Position numbers and translations under genes: made by a program. Shown in pieces: positions 22,761 to 34,324 of a stretch of DNA of 34,473 nucleotides. This DNA comes from Eremomyces bilateralis CBS 781.70 (Eukaryota): NCBI GenBank assembly GCA_010015585.1, contig ML975158.1; one strand, 5' to 3'. Position 1 is the first letter of the stretch; the number at the start of each line of letters is the position of its first letter. The notes below the pieces were generated by a model that saw nothing but the letters and a program-made list of their open reading frames with translations, was not told the origin of the DNA and made no database searches.

Positions 22761-24340
22761 TCAAGATTTCACGAATGCCGAGCGAATCTCTGAGTCCGTT
22801 TGCTTCAGAACAACTCGGCCGGACTCAATTAATTCGTATTCGCTGTTGTCGTAGGTTCCTGGGTAACAATCGCTGGTATGACCTGGCCAAGTACCCTTCG
22901 ACCTTGGAATCTCCGATTTCATGTTATAAGCGCTCCGCCGCATCGCGGTCCATTGACTTGGATGGGTCTCGCTGGCTCTGCTGCTGTCGTTGACGGTGAT
23001 ACCGACACGTCTCAGGGCACGTTCAAAGAATGCCTTGAGACACGGCACGCAAGCGGCAACGATTCCAAGGTAGACCTCGACAAAGCCCCATACCAGTAGG
23101 TACACGCTATCCCAGGTGGGGTCCATGAGGGGCGCGGTTGAACCATTATCGGTGGTTTGGAAGACGGAGACGCCGCTGACCACCCTAACGATGCTTGCAA
23201 CTGATGCGCAAAGACCCATGGCCATGATAATGGTAAGGACTATCTTTTCGCGGAGGGGTCGATTGATTTTGAAAATGAAGGTGATCGGGATGAGGGAGAA
23301 AAACACGTCGCTGATGATGATAATGACTGGGTAGGACGCCGTTAGCAGGTGACAATGATGGGAGAGGGCAGCAAGTCGAGTACAAGGACCGCCCCCCGGT
23401 TCTACCATTCATTCCTCTTTGAATATGCGGAGAAGGAGCGGATGGTAAGAACCGATTGAAGTGTATATAAAGGTTTGCTTGGATCGATTTCAGGTAGGAC
23501 GAAAAATCAGTAACGTACTTGAAGTTGAAATTACGGTATAGAATCCTTTCTTTGGTTCTCTGCAGTGCGCTGCTAACTCGGGTTTCACAGCTCGGTTCCA
23601 AAAGTCGCTGGTCGGTGTACATTCCGTTGATATAATGACAGTGTACGCGATGGCCGCTCCCATAAGAANNNNNNNNNNNNNNNNNNNNNNNNNNNNNNNN
23701 NNNNNNNNNNNNNNNNNNNNNNNNNNNNNNNNNNNNNNNNNNNNNNNNNNNNNNNNNNNNNNNNNNNNNNNNNNNNNNNNNNNNNNNNNNNNNNNNNNNN
23801 NNNNNNNNNNNNNNNNNNNNNNNNNNNNNNNNNNNNNNNNNNNNNNNNNNNNNNNNNNNNNNNNNNNNNNNNNNNNNNNNNNNNNNNNNNNNNNNNNNNN
23901 NNNNNNNNNNNNNNNNNNNNNNNNNNNNNNNNNNNNNNNNNNNNNNNNNNNNNNNNNNNNNNNNNNNNNNNNNNNNNNNNNNNNNNNNNNNNNNNNNNNN
24001 NNNNNNNNNNNNNNNNNNNNNNNNNNNNNNNNNNNNNNNNNNNNNNNNNNNNNNNNNNNNNNNNNNNNNNNNNNNNNNNNNNNNNNNNNNNNNNNNNNNN
24101 NNNNNNNNNNNNNNNNNNNNNNNNNNNNNNNNNNNNNNNNNNNNNNNNNNNNNNNNNNGTGAGGAGAAGAGTAAAGGGTTGAAGTTCCAGAGCACGATAT
24201 CCTCCCAGTCATTGAGACGGAGCTGCCCGTTTCTCGTGCAGGGTCGATCATGAAGCAACTGTCGCCGATTTTGACAAAAGAATAGGATGATCGACAAATA
24301 TCCCAGGGGACAAACAGGATAGCGACACCGCGCGGTTTTA
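22761..24340 (-). pseudogene. PTH11-like (fungal rhodopsin-domain) integral membrane receptor, 5' part degenerate or hidden in the gap
   Basis: ECTPTSDFWN..C, an intron, then IISDVFFSLIPITFIFKINRPLREKIVLTIIMAMGLCASVASIVR...DPTWD...WGFVEVYLGIVAACVPCLK. Upstream remnant SYSFVKIGDSCFMI. The N-terminal TMs were not found. Confidence 0.8.
23669..24158. other. Assembly gap
   Basis: Run of N. Confidence 1.
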
Positions 24341-24627
24341 GTGCACATCCCCAGATTTCAGATGGTCCAATTTTCGCCTTCGGGAGGTACCGTCGACCGA
24401 ACTGATCCCAGCCGAAAGCCTAAATTCCTTAGCGTCTCGTGTGCCAGTAATGGCAGGGGGCGGGCTGGGGGTGAGCGGGCCTGGGAGCTGAGTCTGGGCA
24501 GTAGCTCGAACCGTGGTAGGGGCTCATACGGCTACGCGACGCAGCCATGAATCAATGGTCGCAGACTTGGCGGTTTTGTGCGTTGAACGGAGAATTCGAG
24601 GGCTTCTGAGGCTTGAGACTGACTCGC

Positions 24628-24663
24628 AGCAAGCCGTGTGCAAGCCGTGTGCAAGCCGTGTGC
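24628..24663 (+). repeat. 11-bp tandem repeat (GCAAGCCGTGT) x3
   Basis: Three perfect copies immediately left of the MITE. Confidence 0.85.
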
Positions 24664-24665
24664 TA

Positions 24666-24893
24666 CAGCTCCATACCTGCATGGAATGCCCCCCCCCTGT
24701 CAAAAGCCAACTCGCACGGGCATATTTCTCATTTTCCGCCCAAGGTAGCAGGCGCTAAACGAATCGGCACCATGGTGCTAAGGTTTAGGCTCTATCGCAA
24801 GAGACGAGCTATCTTGGGCGGTCGGAAAATGAGAATATGTCCGTGCGAGTTGGCTTTTGACAGGGGGGCCCAATTCCATGCAGGTATGGACTG
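24666..24893. mobile_element. MITE (228 bp) with about 85-bp TIRs, Tc1/mariner type
   Basis: CAG(C)TCCATACCTGCATGGAAT...CTGTCAAAAGCCAACTCGCACGG.CATATT..TCATTTTCCG is matched in reverse at 24805-24893. TA on the left, TC on the right. Confidence 0.88.
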
Positions 24894-25138
24894 TCAGAGA
24901 GCCGATGGGAACTGGGGAAGCCTTGTCCCTGTCCCACGTTTTACCTGACAGTCCTGCCCGGCCTGGAGAATCGTATTTCGCATCATCCTCTTATTGTTTC
25001 TAGTGTCCCTGAAAACGCTGTGCCCTACCATGCCTGCCATGCCCTACCAAGGAATTGGCTCCCGGTAAAGCGACGGCCCCGAAGCTCCGAAATCTCACAT
25101 CAAATTCAAACTCCTGCCGGGCCTGGAATATACTCCAC

Positions 25139-25311
25139 TGTAACGAAGGCGAATCCACTGATGAGGTCATCAACTGAACGGGTTCATTCGTGATATTCAA
25201 ACTACAGAAAAAGAGAGATAATTACACAGGATGGGGAGATGAAGATATGAGAAGGCTAACACAGCGCGTCTTAGGAGCCAACCGTGCAGTATTGGCTGTG
25301 TTAGCCTTCTC
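25139..25311. repeat. LTR-like sequence interrupted by the DD38E transposon
   Basis: Starts TGTAACG and resembles 22052-22135. It presumably continues after 26734; the end was not identified. Confidence 0.5.
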
Positions 25312-26733
25312 CACTGGGGGGACGAAATTCCGTACGCAGGGGTCTTGGCATTCCATAATCGCTCTATTTCTACACTTCTATCTTCGGTTCTACCACAACG
25401 AGCTTCTAATACGGTTTCCTTCAAGTTGGACAACTTCCTTACACCGCCAGCGCATCTCAGATATCCTTGAGCGGATCTGTTGCTGTGTAATACGCCTCCA
25501 CTCACGTAGAATCGCTCCTTTGAACTCTTCCACTGTCTGCCAGTTCCCACCACGCAGGCGTTGCTTTATGAGTTGCCAAATGGCCTCGATAGGGTTAAGA
25601 TCAGGCGACTGTGCAGGGTGGGGGAGGATGGAGATACCTGCCGCGCGTTTTGCCTGCGCCGCTAGATTATTCCAGCTCCGCGTCCCATGGGACGGATCCC
25701 CATCTTCTTGTAGGTAAAAGACGTGGTCGTATTGGGCCTCAAGCGCCTTGAGGCGCTCGATGTGCTTTGGGAGAATATATTTGGTATAATACTTTTGAGT
25801 CATCGAGTTCCCTTTGATCTTAATATCTGCGTCAAGACCACCACCCCTTTGGGCTACTTCCCATGCCTCCCGTACGGTAGCCAGTTCCTCGGGGGTCTGG
25901 ACGCTCGATTTACGAGGCTTCCGGGGTCGGTAGACCCCCTTCGCAGCCGGTTCGGCTGGATCAGAGTAGAACTCGAAGATCCCCTTCTGATTATAGGAGA
26001 TTCCGGCCGTGACGTGAACCGTCACGTCGAGAGGGGCCCCTTGGACCTCTTGAATTGATTTAAGCCGTTGAGATTGGCCTGGGACCCGTAGCTCGTATTC
26101 CTGCTTATCCGCGAGCTCTTTCGAATTGAAATGGACTTCATCCGTAAAGTAGACCCATTGCCACCACTCTATGATCGTCTTGCCCCGGTGCTCCTCCCCA
26201 TAGGCCGTCCGGACCCCCTTATTCACGTCGCTAATAGCCTTGCCCTTTGGCTTCTTATATCGCCTTGCGTTAAGCCGTTTGGAGAGGTTCCGCTGGAGAG
26301 TTTTAGCCGCGACGCCGAGCACTTCTGCCATTTCGGTATAGTCCTTTCCGTGGAGGGGATTCTCCGGGTCGAGGAGGTCCTGTAGGGTCTGGTTATCGAG
26401 GTCACGGGGTCGGCCAAGGCGCTTGCTTATCCCTCTTGTCCGTCTTAGAGCCTGTGGCCCTAATTGTTCGCGCTAGGTAAGCCATTTTCGACCTGTTGAT
26501 GGGTGGATCTCGATCCCTTTTTCGCGGCAGATTGAGTTAAAAGAACGACGGCTTTTCGACTGATCGTATAGCCTAAAAAAGGCTACGCGGCGAGGAGTAT
26601 TGAATTCCTTTTCTAGAGACATATCTGATCAATATTGGTGGAGATATTAGCTTGTAAAGTTGAAAACGGAGCACTGTCGCTGCAGATGAAATGAGATCGT
26701 GGCCCCTGCGTACGGAATTTCGTCCTCCCGGTG
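25312..26733 (-). mobile_element. Complete IS630/Tc1/mariner-type element (1422 bp), DD38E, 33-bp TIRs, flanked by CTC direct repeats
   Basis: Left TIR CACTGGGGGGACGAAATTCCGTACGCAGGGGTC versus right TIR (reverse complement) CACCGGGAGGACGAAATTCCGTACGCAGGGGCC. CTC at 25309-25311 and 26734-26736. Confidence 0.92.
25390..26622 (-). pseudogene. Transposase (410 codons) with a single premature TAG at 26473-26475
   Basis: The frame from the ATG at 26622 (MSLEKEFNTPRR) is continuous with the 313-aa ORF except for one TAG. Motifs are YFTDEVHF, LQEDGDPSHG and HPAQSPDLNPIE, with 38 residues between the second D and E. Confidence 0.9.
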
Positions 26734-28280
26734 CTCGGGCGCCGAGGCATCAAGGCCTCAATCCTCCTCGTCTTGGCGAATTGGCTCGTCAGGAAGCCGG
26801 TTCGACTCGCTCGCAGTTCTCCCTTGCTGAGTGCGCGAACTCGCAGGATGCGCTGTAACCAGCGGTTGCCAAATGCATTGGTTGGCTCACGTGCGTCGTC
26901 CACTAGCGCCAGGGTGCGCCTTCCCTCCCCCCTTGCCTAGGGTTCGATTTCAATACTCTGGGTCCGAAGATGTACCGTGACGAGGGTCCAAATACACTCA
27001 CTTGGTGCTGCCGATCGGTTGTTGATGTCTCCCGGTCGTCTCGTCTCTGTGACGAATTCTAGTAGGGTCGAATTCGATCCCGCGCTCCAGTCTGCCTGCA
27101 ATCGAGGGGTAGATGAGAATCACCAGATCTTATGCCTTGCATTTCTCTTGACGACCAGAGATGGATGGACTGGAATCGCACGGTAAGGGTTGCAGGATCC
27201 CATTTTCCGTCTTGGCGGCGCTACGTGAGTAATAATACTCATTTGATCGCTGTAGACGCGTCTCTAGAATTAGTTCGTCAGAAAGCTGGTTCGTCTCGCT
27301 CCGCAGTGCTTCCTCGATGTGCGAGATTTAGTTTAAAAATAAGCTATTAAAGTATTCCTTTAGTTTATCTACATATTAGTCCTTAGATATCTAGCTATGA
27401 AGAATACATAAACTCAAATGACTTAAAAGTTAGAGAGTCCATTAGGATTTTCAGCAAACAAGAGGATGTATTGATAGTAGCGTAACATGCGCCTACTCCG
27501 TGTCACGATATGGCTTTGGGGCGGCCAGACATACCACCGTTAGGTACCGAGCTGATTGTCCATGGATAGAGCTAAGCGAGGGATGGCCAGGTGTGCGACC
27601 AGGCTTCCCCAAGGGGGTGAAGAATGTCGCCAATCTCACAGTCAGCGATGTGCAGGTTGGTGATACTTTCTTCAGAAGGATACTCGCTTATTTAGGATAG
27701 GGCTATTATTTGCAGAAGCACCGGGACCCCGCTAATACCGGCTTAAATCTCTAACGCTATCTGGGGGAATGGGCTGGAGGGGTTGTTGGAGTTAGTGGAT
27801 AGGTACATATAAGGTTGTCTTCAGTCGCTTCATTTGAACAAGTGCTGTGTCGAAGTAGAGGAGGTGATAATTTACCATCACGCCAACGTGCTCCTTAGAA
27901 GTGCGCAAATCCCACCCTCCCCTCCACCCCTTGGACAAATCCAGTATCTTGCAGACTGTTACCGACCTTTCGTTGACAGTTGAGACGTTATCCTAGCCAC
28001 CACGAGAACCAACCACTGTCGATGTCGACGAAAAGATAACCTAGAACACATTAGCGTCCTCGTCACTGCAACGAAAGGGAATCATGATTAGCCGCTGTTT
28101 AATCCTCTACCAAGTATGGCTCTGCTATCCTACGGGTTCTTGAATGGAATCGATTGAGAATTGTAAAAAGATGGTTATTCGCATTTAAAGCTTGTATCTG
28201 AGAGATACAACGTGCAGTTAAGTATTGTGCTAGATCGATTGACATTATTTACACCCCCGGCACGATACTCCGCCTGACCG

Positions 28281-31200
28281 TTACATGTTCCGATTATGGT
28301 GTCGGTGCGAACGTCGGTAGTGGTGTTGCGGGTTCCGTCCTGTCTCTGTTTCCACTGGTATAGTTGTACTAACTTGAGCAGCAGGGTCAGCGCTGGTAGG
28401 CGTGGGTAGGGTCTGAACCGTTACCCGAGACCTCTCGGGTAACTAGATCATCTTTCACCATCCAGTAAATGCTGCTGTCGTCGTCGGTAAAAATCTCGAG
28501 ATCTTCGTCGGGAATAGGAGTGACTTCAAGATCGCCGTTTAGCATTGATTGAACGGCGCGCTTCTTGAGCCAGGTGTCGCTCAAGACACCTACGGGGTGT
28601 TGGGCGCCCGGGGTCATAACTTGTGCGGTTTTGTAATTATACATTGGCCAGTTATATGGGGAAAGGAACATTCTAAGTGAAAATTGATTAAAACGGTTCA
28701 TGACAATTGCTGCAAAGAGAAGATAGGACTTACGGATCATTGTATAGAGCGCGGAAGCTAGTTCAACGGTTAGTCATAGCTTCAATATATACTACTGGAA
28801 AGGGTGGCATACCCGTGGTCTTCAATGTAATTGAGCTTGTTGTCACGGCTGTAAACAGGCTAGGGAGAGCTGAAACCATGGAACAAGTAGCTAATTAAGA
28901 ATCGTTAGTTTATATTTCTCAACACTTAGAAACTGATAGAAGCTTACGAAAGCAATACGAGTATGGTGTTTGGGAGTCAAACTATTCGTAGAAGTAGCAT
29001 CAGTAAATGCAAATCGCTGTCATGCCTTGGGTCATCGGTGTTGCATAGAAACCTACTCCGTATTTCCTGATGAAATGTTTCCCATAGGACGGCGCGGCGG
29101 CTCGAGGGTCTCCCAGCCCAAAAGTTCCAAACTCCCAAGTCACCGGGAGAGCGTCTGTATGGCCACATGACGGTCGATATACACTGCATGGATAATAATA
29201 CGCCTCCTTCCACTGTTGCCAATCGTTGCCTGCGCTCGATGATCAGATTAGTCTGGATGGCATCCGATCGAAGGGAAAAGAGGAAGCCAGACCTTGACGT
29301 CCGTTCGCAGCACCATTGACCAAGCGAACGACCTGGTAATTTAGATTTTGTCCCTCCAACAGATTACCCATTGGGAATTCGTCCGCTTGACATTTAGCAG
29401 CCCCTGACTGGGCCATGGTACCCCACATGGCCAGCTTTCTGTAGTCTGTATAGAGCTCCGAAATGAATAAATGAATACGAATATGGCCCTTATTCATATT
29501 CGCTCTTCACGAATATGAATAATATGAATATTATTCATATGAATATGCCCAATATTCATATTCATATTCGTATTCATATTTATTCATATATCTCTCCGGG
29601 AATTTGTTGTTCCGGGCCGACCCGTTTCCTCTTCCTATAGTTATATGCTATCGTCTTGCTTGTCAATAGACAGATTTCAGTCCAGTTCCTATGCCAGAAC
29701 ATAGGCAGGTGTTTTTTGCGCTGCTTTGAGCCGTGCTGCGAATAGCCATGAATTTGGATCCCATATATCCCGTATGTCTAGGTACGGGGCCCTATTCAAT
29801 TGCAGGTAGAGAGCGATTGAAAGATTGCCTCTCATTCCCAATATCATTTTTATTCAAATTTCTGCGCAAACAACCTCGCAAACGTCAACGCTGTCTAAAT
29901 CCTCCAAAACCTATTGAATAACTATCAAATTTGCACTGGGAATAAGTTACATGAGTTGACACGTTAATGACGCGTCAAATCATGTACTCGACTATTGGTG
30001 ATAGAGAATGGCGGTTTGTTTACTTGAAGCCGCGAATCCTGGATTTTTATGACACGCCTATCGCGTTAACGATCCTACATATGCTGCCGTTTAATCCTAT
30101 TCAATAAACAACACTATCGATTTACTTAATATCTATGAAGTCTGGGATCGTGGCAACGAGCGTGATTTCCTACATAGCATGGCTTAATCTAGCATCGACT
30201 TCTCCCGAAGTACACGAAAAGCCCCTTAATTATTATATTAACAGTCCTAAGCACTCCTTGACATGTTATAGTAATGAGGCTTTAGATGTTATAATTTTAT
30301 TTGCCTAGATCTATGTGAAATATACATGAATAATATGAATATTCATGAATATCGCGAATATGAATGTAAGGCGTATTCATATTCACATTATTCGCCAAGA
30401 CTTTATTCATATTCGCAAATTATTCATATTATTCATATTATTCGTATTCGTTTCGGACCTCTAAGTCTGTATGGTGAGATCTTGACCACCGTGTTTGCAT
30501 GAACGGTCCACTCCTCGCTGCTTTGGTGAGTGTGAGAGGGCTAGAGTAGAGGGATCTAACTTACGATTGACGTGATACACTGTTCTCCCACCGAGTCCCT
30601 TATCAATTGCCCACCTATCCGATGTGAGCTCGCTAGAAGAAAAGCGTCATTGTTCTTACCGTTGGTTGTCGTAGCGGGTAAATGTTAGAGCAATCTTCTT
30701 ACATTTCTTCAAATGGCTGCGGTCCCACTGAGTAGCGACAGGTGTATGTAACTGAGCAATCGCAATTGTTCTGCGTGTCTGCTGCCGAGAAGTCCTGAAC
30801 AGTCCATTGCCCGCGTGTCGTTATGGGAACTGATATCTGAGCTGGCGTTGTGAAGAATCCGAAGAAGATACCAAGGAGGCCGCCAACAATACCTCGAATT
30901 CCCCCAATAATACCTTTGGCCCCGGTGTACATTGAAGCTGCAGCCGAGCTGAGAAGCTCCGTGCAGAAGACAGCCGTACGACCACTGACCAAGGCATTGG
31001 CAGGAAGCTTTCCTCCAGCTATGAGCTCGGCTAGGGCAAAGAAATGTCAGCGAGGTATTCCTTACGTCATCATGGACCCGTTTGTGATAACTTATACCCA
31101 GCCCCGTCAATGCCGTTGCGGCAAACCCGCACCGAGCGCCAGCCCCCACCACCGACTTCCTAGCAAAGCGTGCCATCGCTGGCTGGAATCCAGTGCAACA

Positions 31201-32319
31201 ATACGATTGATAGCCACCTAAATATAATTAGCCAGCAACTCTAGGTCACGCCTTGTATTTTGTGGAATTAAGAATTCGAAAACTGTAAGGAATAGAACCA
31301 GAATCTATGACATGGATCTGGTATACAACAAGTTGCAGTGTAGGCTTCCCTGATAGAAATGAAGCTCACCGTTGCAAGTCCGGTCGTTCATGACATCGAC
31401 GTCGAGACTCTCGAACACGTGGCTCGCTGTTAATTATTAATGCCGGACTTTTGGAGGCAGGTATTAACTGCAAAGACGTACTGCTACCTGCTATCCAGAC
31501 AGCGTCTGGATTTTGGCACACTGACCTGGTGTAGCGCATTCCAACGCCCCGCCATCCTTCCCAAGCACAACGGCCCATGCTTGTTGAGGCTGCGCAGCAT
31601 AATGTTCTGAACCCTGCGGTACATTGGTTCGAAGGGGGGACGTTTTTAGGCTGGCCAGAGCTCCAAGTTTCGGGAAAGTATCGCACATCACATTCTTCGT
31701 CACAGCCAGTCCAGTAACACAACGCCTGGGCTTGAGCCTGAAAATCTGACTTCTTAATCCATTTCTTTAGCGTGAGCGCATCATCTGGGTCGACTCCTTG
31801 GCTTGTATCGAGTCCGAGGAGGAGGCTCACGCTATCGCCCTCTAGATTATCATGGTCAAAGGCCCAGACCATCGTGCCACTATGAAACGTTAGTATGAGT
31901 TTTCCAATCCATCACCGATGGGTATATTGAGAGGAATAGTAGTTACCCAAGACACAGAATATTTGCCGCTTGAATCTTTAACTGCATCGTTTGACCATTG
32001 TCGTAACTAACCCATTGATCTCCTCCCCATGTAACCCAGTTCACGGCAGCCACACTATCAACTTGGGGAACTAGTTGGACTGGTCGACAATGCGGAATAT
32101 CTCAGCGTTTGAGAGTGTCCCCGGGGATCCCATGCATTCACCGGGATTTCCACCCGCAGTAAACACGCATCCCGGGGTCGTACAGCTCGGATTCGCAAGC
32201 GAAAAAGATCGTCCGTACCACGCGAGTCCAAGGACGACCTTAGACGGCGAGATATTATTTCTCCAAAGAAGGTCTAAACCTTCCTGAATCTCGGTCAAGT
32301 TCGAGTGCGGCCGAGCGTA
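28281..32319 (-). pseudogene. GH18 subgroup-C (killer-toxin alpha-like) chitinase pseudogene with a long C-terminal extension
   Basis: PHSNLTEIQEGLDLLWRNNISPSKVVLGLAWYGRSF...GTLSNAEI, DQWVSYDN and GGTMVWAFDHD, then Cys-rich modules and a CQADEFPMG motif. There are frameshifts (about 32073, about 28410) and a hAT insertion, and the 5' half with DxDxE is absent. Confidence 0.88.
29451..30463. mobile_element. Non-autonomous hAT element (1013 bp)
   Basis: TIRs TAGAGCTCCGAAATGAATA and (reverse complement) TAGAGGTCCGAAACGAATA. Perfect 8-bp TSD AGTCTGTA at 29443-29450 and 30464-30471. Dense GAATA/TATTC subterminal repeats at both ends; no long ORF. Confidence 0.93.
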
Positions 32320-32860
32320 TAAATACGGTTTTGATCTGGTTTGTTTAAAGGACTCGTGAGTGCGCACACCAAAGCTTCATCCATTGATGGACACTGAATT
32401 TACTCCAGGGCAGACAACATGCGCTTGCTTGAGTCCCAGGAGTGGCAAGGGAGCGACTATATCCGGTACATTCCAGCACCTGGACAGCCTAGACTGATGC
32501 AAATCCATGCATAAATGCTGATTAATACAGTTGGCACCCGTGGGCTTGCGACAACGACGACCCAGCCGACAACTCAGTGCAATGCCAGGATCCTAATTTC
32601 AACGTGGGCCAGATTACTTCAGACATGTCAGATGTTACTGCGCTATACGATGCCTCTCTGGTAAGTTTTCTACACGAGAATCAGGAATCGATGTGAAAAT
32701 TACAGGGTGGCAGTATTGTTCTGAGTGTTTTATTGCTCTATGGAGGCAGCGACTCTTGTCTCCAATGCTACCCGCCGGGCCGAACGCGGACTCTCTTTTG
32801 GAGCAATACGACAACCTACGCACGACATGCTCCATTGGACAGCCCGTCACAACTTCGCAA
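32318..32860 (+). pseudogene. Internal fragment of a LysM-effector-family secreted Cys-rich protein (3 introns)
   Basis: Spliced reading YKYGFDLVCLKDS|ADNMRLLESQEWQGSDYIR|WHPWACDNDD...TALYDASL|YCSECFIALWRQRLLSPML...TTCS resembles the Cys-rich region preceding LysM domains in chitinase-associated proteins. The LysM domains themselves are not present. Confidence 0.65.
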
Positions 32861-32988
32861 CTGGCGGTTGCAAAATGTGAGAGAACGCTTGGCGTTTTTT
32901 TGAGTGTGTGTGTGTCCCGCCCGCAATTCCACCAGAAAACGCGATATCGCCCATTTTATGACCACAACGCGCTGAATTCGGGGCTCAA

Positions 32989-34191
32989 ATGTCTGAAATG
33001 TATATATTCCTAGAGAACTAATATAGTTTAAATTACTGACGCGATTTTAGCCAGCCTTTAGAGCTACAGTATAAATACCATGGCGTAGAAGACACGAAAC
33101 GCGCTTAATGTATTAGATATTTCCTCCTAGGTTGGTCACCACAAGCTATTGCAGCGGAAACTGGCCTAGGAGTTTCTACTATCTACCGCTATCGTGCACC
33201 TCTTGTTCGATATGGCTCTCTTCGTGCCCCATACCGCCGGAAACGGGGCCGTCCTTGTTTATTGTCGTAAGCAGACGAAGACGCGCTCTTCGAGAAACTA
33301 CTCCAGGAAGGGTGGCTATATCTTAATGAACTCGTATTCTGGTTGGATATGGAAAGAGGCGTACACGTTAGCGAGTCTACGGTATGCCGCGTGATTAAGC
33401 GGAGACGCTGGTCACGAAAAAGAATGAGGTGGATCTCGCGGAATCGGTTATAAGAGATGCGGGAAGCGTATCAAGCGGAGCTTCGTTAGTTTGACGCCGA
33501 TGATATGGTCTTCCTTGACGAGTCGATCTTCAATGAGAAGACGGGCTGGAGATACCGTTGTTATTCGCCCATTGGGCATGAATCCCGCGGTTTCAGGAAC
33601 ATGCATCGGGGAAAGACTTGGGCTGCTATCGGGGCGTATACGATCAGAGGCTTAATTGCCTATGGCATACGCCAAGGCTACTACAGTCGAGAGCATTTGA
33701 TTCAGTGGCTACGGGACGTCCTGCTTCCGTCTTTGGCTAGAGACTCTCCTCGTCTACGCGTTATCGTACTTGATAACTGTTCGACGCATGTTTCAGAGGA
33801 TGTTATAAGGCTTCTCGAGGAAGCAGGACATCTTGTACGTTTTACGCCACCCTACTCCCCAGACTATAACCCCATCGAGATAGTCTGGTCGGTCCTTAAA
33901 GCTTGGATTAGACGTAATCACGTCTATACGCGCCATCTATGTGGCAACTTTAGCGAGTTCCTCGACTTTGCTATTACGCGCAGTCAATGTGACCGCTTTA
34001 GGCTCGAGCATTTTGTAAACGTAGCTTACGGGATCTATATCTCTGACCAGCGATATGATGAGCTTCGTGTACAACTCCGTGGGTTTGAAAATGGGAGGGT
34101 AGGGTATCAGGAGAATATTGTTCTCGAGGACGACGTTCTAGTCTATGACGATATTGACGAGCGAGTAGTTGATAATAGTGAACCCTTCTAG
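32989..34191 (+). pseudogene. DD34E transposase with a 5' intron (33000-33050) and four upstream in-frame TAA/TAG stops
   Basis: ATG TCT GAA AT|GTATAT..CTGAC..TAG|C CAG is in frame with the HTH (WSPQAIAAETGLGVSTIYR, VSESTVCR) and the core VFLDES / VLDNCSTH / PPYSPDYNPIE. Confidence 0.88.
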
Positions 34192-34324
34192 GAAGATGAG
34201 GAAGATGAGGAGTAACTTTAGGTAATAAGGAAGTAGTGAGATCGAAGATATATATAGGCCATAATGAGTAAAGAAATAAGGCAAAATGGTAGAGAAAAAG
34301 GTCGTATCCCGTGAAGATCTTAAT

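Noticed and set aside
23185..24348. Long ORFs (387, 253 and 175 aa), and the X-filled ORFs at 17069-17403
   Set aside because: Their length is an artefact of translating through N gaps.
27980..28140. Isolated minus-strand exon-like piece (CTAAT...TAG then YLFVDIDSGWFSWWLG*)
   Set aside because: It is too short, lies beyond the chitinase stop and has no partner exons.
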